Below, piece after piece: positions 1 through 8,072 of a stretch of DNA of 40,990 nt (position 1 is the first letter of the stretch; each line of letters begins with the position of its first letter). This DNA comes from Candidatus Calescibacterium sp. Lineage in GTDB: Bacteria; Calescibacteriota; Calescibacteriia; Calescibacteriales; Calescibacteriaceae. The translations under genes were made by a program, and so were the position numbers. Under the pieces are notes generated by a model. It did not search any database. It was not told the DNA's origin and worked only from the letters and a program-made list of their open reading frames with translations. Location: assembly GCA_032249135.1 (NCBI GenBank), contig JAVVGL010000018.1, positions 1 to 40,990 of the forward strand, in the 5' to 3' direction.

Positions 1-100
1 AAAGGTAGCCCGGTAGAACGGGTAGAAGCTGTGGCAGTGGCTAAGGGGAGTAAGGTTCGCCTGGGTTTTGAACCAGAGCGAATAAACCTCTCCTGAACCC
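1..100 (+). ncRNA. Truncated GC-rich structured RNA candidate (3' part; family unassigned, 6S RNA is one possibility)
   Basis: Much higher GC than the flanks. Hairpin CCCG-GTAGAA-CGGG at about 10-23. Long imperfect stem GGGGAG..GGTTCGC-CTGG / CCAG-AGCGAA..ACC-TCTCC at about 45-93; its G-U pair favours the + strand. Runs off the window edge. Confidence 0.35.
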
Positions 101-119
101 ATTGTTTTTTAACAATGGG
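98..119. terminator. Perfect 9-bp inverted repeat (CCCATTGTT-TTTT-AACAATGGG), possible terminator or processing hairpin
   Basis: Seen directly, immediately after the GC-rich element. No clean U-tract follows it. Confidence 0.35.
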
Positions 120-213
120 CTGTTAATGAATGATTACATTTTATTTTTTCTTATTCTTTCAGATTTCTAAACATTCATTCATAAAACCTCGCAAAATTTT
201 AAAATAAAAACAA

Positions 214-2136
214 ATGACAGAAAAAGATATAGCAAAAATTAGGAAATTTTCAAGATTTACCTTTCCTTTTGATTTTCCACGAAAAGATGATGAAATAGAC
301 ACAACAGAGAAGCAACTGCAAATCATAATAAATATTCTCAAAAGAGGGGGAGAAAATTTAAGGAAATTTATTATCTCATCTCTTTACGCCCTTGATATAA
401 TTTCATTCTTTTCAGAAGGGGGGGACTTTCTATCTCTTGATGAAACGAGAACAAAAAGACTTCTTATAAAGCTGACAACATCATCAAGAAAAACACCACA
501 AAACATTTTCAGAGTTCTGAGGTTTATCTCAACAATTTCTTTTTGGGACTCCTTCGGGAACGAAAAAATAGGTTTCAAAATACCTCAAAGAAGAGACGAT
601 ATACCAAAGATTTCTTGGGAAATTCCAGAAGAAGAACCAAAAATCAAAATAGAAGGATACAGGGGAGTAAAATGGGATATTGAAAGAATAAAATTTGGGA
701 AATTCGTAAGGAGAGATATAAGAATAGTCTCTGATGTGATAGTGGTAGGTTCAGGAATATCAGCAGGTATAATATCAGAAAGACTGACAAGAGAAGATAT
801 ATCAGTTTCAATATTGGAGAAAGGGTATTTTATAGATGCAGAAATTCCTTCAGTTTTTCTTTCACAAAGCTCAGAGCTTCTGGGCATGTTCCCTGTGTCT
901 TCAATAGCAAACATAAATGCATTTTTTGGTAAAGGAATTGGAGGGCTCGGGAATTTATCTTTTTCTATATTTGAAAAAATGCCAGATGATGCAAAGGAGA
1001 TTTGGAGAAAATTTCATGGAGTATCAACAAAAGAAATATTTCTTGACTTTGCAACAAAGGAAGCAGAAGAAGTCATAAATTCAAAAGGAAACGGTAACAC
1101 GACCTCAAAAAGTGAAACCATAGAAAAAATATCAGAGTTTTTCAGAACAGAACCCAAAAGTTTCAACAAGATAAAAGGTGAGAAAGTTAATTTATTAACA
1201 GGAGAAGAAGTTTTCTCACCTGAAAAGTTAATAAAGTACGCAGTTCATTTCGGAGCAAACTTATATCTTGGATTTGAAGTAGAAAAAATTTCTCGTGGTA
1301 AAAAATGGTTTGTTGAGGGCAAAATAAAAGACGAGTTCGGGAACACAAAGGCAAATTTTATCGCAGAAGCAAAAGCAGTTTTTTTATGCGGGGGACCATA
1401 CGGTAATACAAAAATACTCTGGAATTCAGGTTTTAAAGAGAAAACTTTGGGGAGAAAAGTAAAAATTCATCCAGCAGGTTTAATAACAGCAATATTCAAA
1501 TCTCCGCAAGAACAAAAAGATTCCTCAAACTACATTGAACTATCAAAAGAAGGAATATTTATAAAAGAAATAAAGTTAACTCCAGGGGTTTGGTCATCCA
1601 TTTTCCCCAGTATGTTTGGACCAGATCTTGTAAAAACATCAAAAAAATATCCATTTTCAAGAACTTTTATTTTCTGGTTCAGAGAAGCAGGAGAATCTTA
1701 CTTTGTAAAAACTCCGTTCGGTGTTATGTTGAGAACAAATTTGAAAGGAGAAGATATAGCAAAGTTTTTGTTCGCAATAAGAGAAATTTCTTTAGCTCTG
1801 CTCTCTTGCGGAGCAAGAGAAATTTATCACCCTATAAGGTCAGTTCCACCATTTACCTCCCCAGACGATATAAATAATTCAAACATAGAAAAAGTAAAAC
1901 CAAATCAACTTGAAATTTTAAGTATATTCCAAACAGGAGGATGTCCGATTGGATTTTCATCTGATACTGGTCTGTGCGATTCAACAGGAAGAGTTTTTGG
2001 TGAAAAATCTCTTTTTATATCAGATTCAAGTTCCCTACCAGACTCAGTTTTAGTACCTCCGATGCTCACATCAGCATCAGTTGCTATGCTTTCTGCAAAT
2101 TCATTTATTGAAAGAAAAAATTTCATTTTAAAGTAA
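214..2136 (+). CDS. GMC oxidoreductase-family protein with an N-terminal helical extension; catalytic motifs degenerate
   Basis: Rossmann-like DVIVVGSGISAG...ILEKG, GKGIGG, FLCGGPYGNTKIL, LGRKVKIHP, and C-terminal FQTGGCPIG...GRVFGEKSLFISDSSSLP...PMLT, in GMC_oxred_N/C order. Confidence 0.75.
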   Translation: MTEKDIAKIRKFSRFTFPFDFPRKDDEIDTTEKQLQIIINILKRGGENLRKFIISSLYALDIISFFSEGGDFLSLDETRTKRLLIKLTTSSRKTPQNIFRVLRFISTISFWDSFGNEKIGFKIPQRRDDIPKISWEIPEEEPKIKIEGYRGVKWDIERIKFGKFVRRDIRIVSDVIVVGSGISAGIISERLTREDISVSILEKGYFIDAEIPSVFLSQSSELLGMFPVSSIANINAFFGKGIGGLGNLSFSIFEKMPDDAKEIWRKFHGVSTKEIFLDFATKEAEEVINSKGNGNTTSKSETIEKISEFFRTEPKSFNKIKGEKVNLLTGEEVFSPEKLIKYAVHFGANLYLGFEVEKISRGKKWFVEGKIKDEFGNTKANFIAEAKAVFLCGGPYGNTKILWNSGFKEKTLGRKVKIHPAGLITAIFKSPQEQKDSSNYIELSKEGIFIKEIKLTPGVWSSIFPSMFGPDLVKTSKKYPFSRTFIFWFREAGESYFVKTPFGVMLRTNLKGEDIAKFLFAIREISLALLSCGAREIYHPIRSVPPFTSPDDINNSNIEKVKPNQLEILSIFQTGGCPIGFSSDTGLCDSTGRVFGEKSLFISDSSSLPDSVLVPPMLTSASVAMLSANSFIERKNFILK

Positions 2137-2206
2137 GTGTAAAGTTCACAAAAGTAATCAAAAAAATACTACTCAATAATAAGTAAAAATAATAAGTCTA
2201 AAAGAT

Positions 2207-3013
2207 ATGGATGATAAAGAAATAGAGTTTGCTTTAAGTTGTGCAAAGGAAGCAGCAAAAATAGGGGCGAAAATCATAAAAAAATATTTCCTTGAAAAAC
2301 CAAAAAATGAAATAGAGATGAAAGGAATAAGCGATTGGGTAACGGAAGCAGATAAAAAGTCGGAAGAGGAGATCAAAAAGTTTTTACTATCGGAATTTCC
2401 AGCAAATTTTTTGGGAGAAGAATTCGGCTCTGTCAGATCAACTAAAAAGAACATCAGCTGGATAGTCGATCCACTTGATGGAACAAAAAATTTCACAAAA
2501 GGAATAGATATTTTTTGTGTTTCCATCGCATTAAAAGAGGAAAATAGTATCAAGGTTGGAGTTGTTTTAGATGTTATGCGTGATGAGATGTTCTATGCTT
2601 GTGAAGGTTTTGGAGCATTTTTGAATGAAAAGAAAATATCTGTCTCAGAAAACTCTGATTTTTCGTCTGCACTAATAGGAACTGGAATGCCTTTCAGAAT
2701 AAAAGAATTTGTAAATCATTATCTTGAAAGCTACAAAGAAATTTTTTTGAAAGGAGCAGGTATAAGGAATATTGGGTCCGCTGCTCTTGAGATATGTTAT
2801 GTAGCTTGCGGAAGACTTGACGCATTCTGGGAGTTGGGGCTTTCTCCATGGGATATGGCAGCAGGAGCTCTTATCGTAAGTGAAGCTGGTGGAGTTGTTT
2901 CAGATTTTTGGGGAAAACAAAATTGGCTTGAAACAGGCTGCATAATAGCATCAAACAAAAAACTCTACGAACCTTTACTCTCAATAATATCAAAACATTT
3001 TGAGAAAATATAA
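2207..3013 (+). CDS. suhB: Inositol monophosphatase family protein
   Basis: DWVTEAD, GEE, WIVDPLDGTKNF, GSAAL and WDMAAG motifs. Confidence 0.92.
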   Translation: MDDKEIEFALSCAKEAAKIGAKIIKKYFLEKPKNEIEMKGISDWVTEADKKSEEEIKKFLLSEFPANFLGEEFGSVRSTKKNISWIVDPLDGTKNFTKGIDIFCVSIALKEENSIKVGVVLDVMRDEMFYACEGFGAFLNEKKISVSENSDFSSALIGTGMPFRIKEFVNHYLESYKEIFLKGAGIRNIGSAALEICYVACGRLDAFWELGLSPWDMAAGALIVSEAGGVVSDFWGKQNWLETGCIIASNKKLYEPLLSIISKHFEKI

Positions 3014-3064
3014 AAATTGCAAAATTGCATCTGATTTGAATTGACAAAATCTGTACTGATTACT

Positions 3065-3844
3065 CTATGATCCTTCAAGTTCCTTTAAAATTTTGTCAAT
3101 TTCCTTTTGCAAAATTTCTGGATTTTCAATATTTTCAACTATTATTTTCACATAACTTTCTTTAAACACAACAAAACCATTTTCTAAAACATCAAAGTAT
3201 TTTTCAAATGCTTGTAATAGCTTCCTGTATTTTTCTCTATTTTTTGTTCGTGAACTCTGAATTTTTTTCTGAAATTCTTCTACATTAAACACTGCATAAG
3301 GCACCTGAATTATTTTCATCTTTCTTTTACCTGGGCGAGCTTCTTTTCTGTGGGTTATTTTTGCAATCTGAAAGTAAATTTCGCCAACTTTTGCATCTAT
3401 GCCTTTCATATCCAATTCCGCATTACATTCTATCTTAAAATTCTTACCTTCCTTCTCACAAACATATTCAAAGATGTAGCAGAAATCCAGCTGAGTAAGT
3501 ATTGAAATCCAAGTTCTATACATTCTCGCCTTAAATCCTTTTTTAAACCAGTCATTTTCTTCAAGAGTTCTATTAAAGTAGTATTTTTTAAATCTTTCTA
3601 ACGCTTTTTTACTTTCTTGATCCTCATTTATTTCTCACCAGAATTTTTCAAACCATTCTTCAAAGCCAAGAAATTCTCTCTTCTCCCAATAGTATTTATA
3701 GATTGAGTGAAGCGGAAGAATTTCCTTCGGTAAATCTTGCTCTACCCATTTTATATCTTTAAGCTCTTCTCTATACTTTACAACCGGTATCTTTCCAAGA
3801 AAATCACGGAATCTGTATAAATCACTTTCTTTCGTATTCTTCAT
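3065..3844 (-). pseudogene. TaqI-family type II restriction endonuclease interrupted by one in-frame TGA (3635-3637)
   Basis: ORFs 3635..3844 and 3065..3523 are in the same frame and the sequence between them is open (FW*EINEDQESKKALERFKKYYFNRTLEENDWFKKGFKARMYRT). The joined 259-codon protein matches recalled R.TaqI blocks: IKWVEQDLP, FLGFEE, ARMYRT..SI.TQ, ELDMKGIDA, QIAK, PY, LENGFVVFKESYVK. Confidence 0.85.
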
Positions 3845-5181
3845 ATTTTTCTTATCTGATCAAATTCTTTTTTAGTTGGCAGAGGAATGCTTTTTATTTG
3901 TGTGATACTCAGATGATAAGTAATTTCCCTATAAACATCCTTTATATATCTTTTTACATAATCGGAGATCAAATATTCTACTATCTCTTCATCTGATAAG
4001 TCAAATTCTCTACTCATCAAATCATTTTTTCTTATAAGGTGATAAACATCTCCCATCCAAGGATAACATTTTTTATCTATTGCTGATGCTACTTTTCCAT
4101 CTTTTCTAAATCCTAATCCTACAACTATATGCGGGAATCCAAAATAAGCTCTCAGTTTTTTTATATCTGATTTTTTAATCCAATAACCAGAAAGATTTTC
4201 GTATTTTATATCACCACAAGTGAGGTTCTTGCTACTCAATATTGGTAGAAACTCATCCCCAGGACACATTTTACTTTTAACAACATAGGGACTATTTTTG
4301 ATTTCAGGAGTTCGCGGAGAGATTTTGACTTCATAAATATCACCCACTTTATATCTGCACAAATTTTCTAAAAAGAGAGAAAAATCAGTTTTAAAGGTTA
4401 TTATTTCTCCTTTCCAATTTTCATTAAAGCTAACAGGAATAATCTTTCCCTCCTTATATTCAAGTAATTCAAATTTATGAGAAATTTTAGTAGATTTGGT
4501 GAAAATTAAAATCACTGTTGATACATCTGCAAAAGGCTTAAAAATATCCGAACCCATATATATAATTCGTGTTTTTCCGTTCTGAGACAAAAATTTCCTG
4601 AGTTTTTTGAATTCATCAAGGATCAAAAAAGTTGCAGGAATAATAAAGATCAAATAACCCCCTTCCTTCAATAGCCTAACCGACTTTTCAACAAAAGCAC
4701 CATAAACATTATATTTCCCAAACCATGTACTGAACAATGCTTTATACTTTTTCTTTGTATCCGGATCAACTTTTATTGTGTAGTGATCAGATAAACTCGG
4801 AATCCCATAAGGAGGATTACCTATTACTAAATCAAATTGATAACCCGGATCAAAAAGCAAAAAATCTGATCTTACGATTTCTATTCCTTGAGATTTAGAG
4901 GAAATTGCTTGCCTGAAAATCTCTTCATTTATCTCAACCCCCAAAAGCTTTGCATTCAAATGAGGATATCTTTCCTTTATCTTTCGCAAAAACTGAGTCA
5001 AACCGCACGCAGGTTCAAGGATATAAATTGTCCTTTCAGAATTTGACAAAAGTTCTTGTGGAATTAATTCAACCATAAAGTCAACTACCCAATCTGGTGT
5101 AAAAAATATACCAAAATCTTTTCTTCGGCAAATCAAATGACCAAAATCTGGAAACAAACTATTTTTCGCATTACCAAACAC
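3841..5181 (-). CDS. M.TaqI-like N6-adenine DNA methyltransferase (gamma class) with C-terminal target-recognition domain
   Basis: FFTPDWVVDFMV, LEPACG (motif I), GVEI, FDLVIGNPPYG (motif IV), STWFGKYNVYGAFVEK. Colinear with recalled M.TaqI. Its stop overlaps the R-gene start (ATGA). Confidence 0.92.
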   Translation of the reverse strand: MFGNAKNSLFPDFGHLICRRKDFGIFFTPDWVVDFMVELIPQELLSNSERTIYILEPACGLTQFLRKIKERYPHLNAKLLGVEINEEIFRQAISSKSQGIEIVRSDFLLFDPGYQFDLVIGNPPYGIPSLSDHYTIKVDPDTKKKYKALFSTWFGKYNVYGAFVEKSVRLLKEGGYLIFIIPATFLILDEFKKLRKFLSQNGKTRIIYMGSDIFKPFADVSTVILIFTKSTKISHKFELLEYKEGKIIPVSFNENWKGEIITFKTDFSLFLENLCRYKVGDIYEVKISPRTPEIKNSPYVVKSKMCPGDEFLPILSSKNLTCGDIKYENLSGYWIKKSDIKKLRAYFGFPHIVVGLGFRKDGKVASAIDKKCYPWMGDVYHLIRKNDLMSREFDLSDEEIVEYLISDYVKRYIKDVYREITYHLSITQIKSIPLPTKKEFDQIRKI

Positions 5182-5260
5182 TACAAAATTTCTATTTAAA
5201 CTAACTTAATTTTCTTACAAAAACTACAAAATTTCAATTCAAAAATAAAATAAAAGCTTT

Positions 5261-6754
5261 ATGCTAAAAATAAAGCAAGCTCTCATCTCAGTGTACAACA
5301 AAGAAGGAATTGTTGAATTAGCAAAAACTCTGGCTGAATTAGGAGTAGAAATTTTTGCTACCGGCGGAACAGCAGATGAAATCAGAAAAGCTGGTATAAA
5401 GGTAAGATGGACATCTGAACTTACAGGATTTCCTGAAATACTCGGTGGTAAAGTCAAGACTTTGCATCCAGACCTATTCGCAAAAATATTGGCAACAGAA
5501 GAAGAGGCAGAAAAGCTCGGAATTGAAAGATTCCAACTCCTCGTAGTGAATTTATATCCACCAGACAAAGAACCAGATATAGGAGGAGTATCTTTGATAA
5601 GAGCTGGAATAAAAGCTCAAGACAGAACACTGGTTTTAGTCTCACCAGAAGATTACAACCTTCTGAGGCTCATACTTAAAAATACAGGAGGAGTTCCAGA
5701 TGATATTTTACGAGAACTTAACAAAAAAGCTGCTTTTTATGTTGTAAAATATCAGCTTGAAAATTACAAAGAATATTTCGGTTACGATGTTTTACCCTAT
5801 GTTTTTGAAAAATCGGGAGAGCTAAAATATGGAACAAATCCTCAAAGGAAAGCATATGTTCTAATAAATTATGGATATCCACCTGATTTTGAAGCTCTAA
5901 AAAACAATTTATCTTTGAACAATCTCTATGATGCTGATTCTGCCATAAGATGTGCCCTATCTTGTGGAAGAGTTTTTCCTGATAAAGTTTGTGCTTGCAT
6001 AGTAAAGCACGGCTCACCTTGCGGCGTTGCTCTTTCAGATGAACCAAAAGAAGCAATATCAAAAGCATGGGAAAGCGATCCAAAATCTGCATATGGGGGG
6101 ATTTTAGCAATATCGTCTTTTTTTCCAGAATACGCAGTTGATGCTCTAAAAGATAAGTTTTTGGAGGTCATAGTAGCTCCATCTTTTGATGATTTGGCTC
6201 TACAAAAGCTATACAAAAAAAGAGCAAGAATAATAAGATCGGGGGAAAACTTCACAAAAAAAATAATAGAAATAAAAAGCTCAATGGGAGCCTTCACATA
6301 CGAAGAATACTCAGATAATGAAGAGGATATAAAAGAAGAAGATATGAAACCTAGTTGGGATTTTGATTTTTCAGAAAATGAAATAAAAGAACTTTTATTT
6401 GCATATCAGGTTGCAAGATTTGTAAAGTCTAACGCAATAGTGATTTCAACGAATTTTCAAACTATTGGAATAGCAGGGGGATTCACATCACGAGTTGATG
6501 CCACGGAATTTGCCATAAAAAAAGCGAAAGAATTTATCTCAGGAAAGAATAACACTCCGCAAAAACTTTTTGTGGCTTCCGATGGATTTTTTCCCTTCCC
6601 TGATTCAGTGGAAATTCTGAGAGAAAATTTCAAGGAGCAAGATATTTTCGTCGCTCAACCTGGCGGATCAATAAGAGATAAAGAAGTGATAAAAAAAGCG
6701 GAAAATCTGAACATAAAAATGTTTATAACAGGGAAAAGATGCTTCAGACACTAA
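5261..6754 (+). CDS. purH: Bifunctional IMP cyclohydrolase / AICAR transformylase
   Basis: ALISVYNKEG, ATGGTA, TGFPEILGGKVKTLHP, VVNLYP, DIGG, KHGSPCG, KSNAI, ASDGFFPFPD, QPGGSIRD, and C-terminal RCFRH. Confidence 0.93.
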   Translation: MLKIKQALISVYNKEGIVELAKTLAELGVEIFATGGTADEIRKAGIKVRWTSELTGFPEILGGKVKTLHPDLFAKILATEEEAEKLGIERFQLLVVNLYPPDKEPDIGGVSLIRAGIKAQDRTLVLVSPEDYNLLRLILKNTGGVPDDILRELNKKAAFYVVKYQLENYKEYFGYDVLPYVFEKSGELKYGTNPQRKAYVLINYGYPPDFEALKNNLSLNNLYDADSAIRCALSCGRVFPDKVCACIVKHGSPCGVALSDEPKEAISKAWESDPKSAYGGILAISSFFPEYAVDALKDKFLEVIVAPSFDDLALQKLYKKRARIIRSGENFTKKIIEIKSSMGAFTYEEYSDNEEDIKEEDMKPSWDFDFSENEIKELLFAYQVARFVKSNAIVISTNFQTIGIAGGFTSRVDATEFAIKKAKEFISGKNNTPQKLFVASDGFFPFPDSVEILRENFKEQDIFVAQPGGSIRDKEVIKKAENLNIKMFITGKRCFRH

Positions 6755-6820
6755 CTCAGATTCATTTTTTCTCTCACTAACTCAAATTTCTTCTTTTTTC
6801 ACTAAATCAGATTTTTTTCT
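6749..6820. repeat. Three degenerate tandem copies (period 25-26 bp) of CACTAA(C/A)TCA(G/A)ATT plus a pyrimidine tract
   Basis: Copies start at 6749, 6775 and 6800. Copy 1 contains the last codon and stop of purH (CAC TAA). Confidence 0.75.
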
Positions 6821-6827
6821 ATTATAT

Positions 6828-8003
6828 TTATCCTCTTTGCTCTATTGGTATATAGTTTTGCTCTTCTGGTCCAACATAAATTACTCTTGGTCTAAAAATT
6901 CTATTGTCTTTGAGCTGTTCAAGTATATGAGCAACCCACCCTACTATTCTACCTGTTGCAAACACAGGAGTAAACATGCGGGTTTCTATTCCAAGATAAC
7001 TCATAACTATACCGGAATAAAAATCAACATTAGGATATATGCCTTTTGAACCGAGGTTTTCTATCATGAACTTTTCTATTCTTTTTCCTATTTCAAGCCA
7101 GTTTTTCACATCGCTATTTTTTTCAGCCAATTTTTCAGCTATTGATTTCAAAACTGCTGCTCGCGGATCGTAGTTTTTATAAACCCTGTGTCCAAATCCC
7201 GGAATTTTTTCCTTCCTTTTTAGCTTTCTTGCAACAAATTCCTCCGCTCTATCAGGAGTTCCTATTTCAAAAAGCATTTTCATAACATCTTCATTTGCTC
7301 CGCCATGCAAAGGACCTTTCAAACTCCCAATTGCCGCAACAACAGCAGAATAAATATCTGTAAGTGAAGATATGACAGTACGGCACGAGAAAGTAGAAGC
7401 GTTCATTTCATGTTCTGCGTGCAGAATAAGTATTATATCAAAAATTTTCTCATCTTCATCAGAAGGAATTTCACCTTTCAACATGTATAACCAACTCGCA
7501 GCCATAGAAAGATTATCACGAGGCCTTATTGGCTCCAAACCTTTTATGGCGCGACCTATAGCAGCTGTTATAGTGTGTAACTTTGCTATAAGCCTTAATG
7601 CTTTTCTGTAATTTAGATCTTCTGAATGAATATCAGCTTCCTCGTCAAAAATAGAAAGATAATCAACAGCAAGTCTGAGCAAACTCATAGGAGAAACTCC
7701 ATACCTTGCAGAGCTCACAATAAGTGAATAAACTTCATCCGGTATTTCCCTATAAATATAGAGGTTATTTTTGAACTCGTAAAGTTCTTTTTCTGTCGGA
7801 AGTCTTTCATGAAGCAAAAGAAAGCAAGTCTCTTCATAAGTTGAGTTTTGAGCAAGTTGTTCTATTGGAATTCCAACATAAGCAAGATAACCTCTCTCCC
7901 CATCTATGAAGGATTTTTTAGACTCTCCTATTATAACTCCCTCAAGACCTTTTGAATATGAAGGTTTCCCATTTTTCCCTGCTTTTTCCGATACATAAGA
8001 CAT
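6828..8003 (-). CDS. gltA: Citrate synthase (short dimeric type)
   Basis: GLEGV, LHAEHEMNAST, LKGPLHGGANE, GFGHRVYKNYDPRA, YPNVDFYSG and IFRP motifs. SD AGGAGG upstream. Confidence 0.95.
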   Translation of the reverse strand: MSYVSEKAGKNGKPSYSKGLEGVIIGESKKSFIDGERGYLAYVGIPIEQLAQNSTYEETCFLLLHERLPTEKELYEFKNNLYIYREIPDEVYSLIVSSARYGVSPMSLLRLAVDYLSIFDEEADIHSEDLNYRKALRLIAKLHTITAAIGRAIKGLEPIRPRDNLSMAASWLYMLKGEIPSDEDEKIFDIILILHAEHEMNASTFSCRTVISSLTDIYSAVVAAIGSLKGPLHGGANEDVMKMLFEIGTPDRAEEFVARKLKRKEKIPGFGHRVYKNYDPRAAVLKSIAEKLAEKNSDVKNWLEIGKRIEKFMIENLGSKGIYPNVDFYSGIVMSYLGIETRMFTPVFATGRIVGWVAHILEQLKDNRIFRPRVIYVGPEEQNYIPIEQRG

Positions 8004-8072
8004 ATTCTCTTTCCTCCTTTCTCTGTTATAAAAATTTAGACTGAAAAAAAACTTTTGGCTTTTAGCGATTTT

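Noticed and set aside
3635..3637. UGA reassigned to Trp/Gly, or selenocysteine, in the endonuclease
   Set aside because: TGA ends tuf, secE, nadK, waaA and the methylase at expected positions. The A-rich sequence after the codon shows no SECIS-like hairpin. The tRNA-Trp has a normal CCA anticodon, a 5-bp anticodon stem and C11-G24.
6749..6820. Mini CRISPR array
   Set aside because: The period is only 25-26 bp, the intervening parts are short pyrimidine tracts rather than unique spacers, and no cas genes are present.
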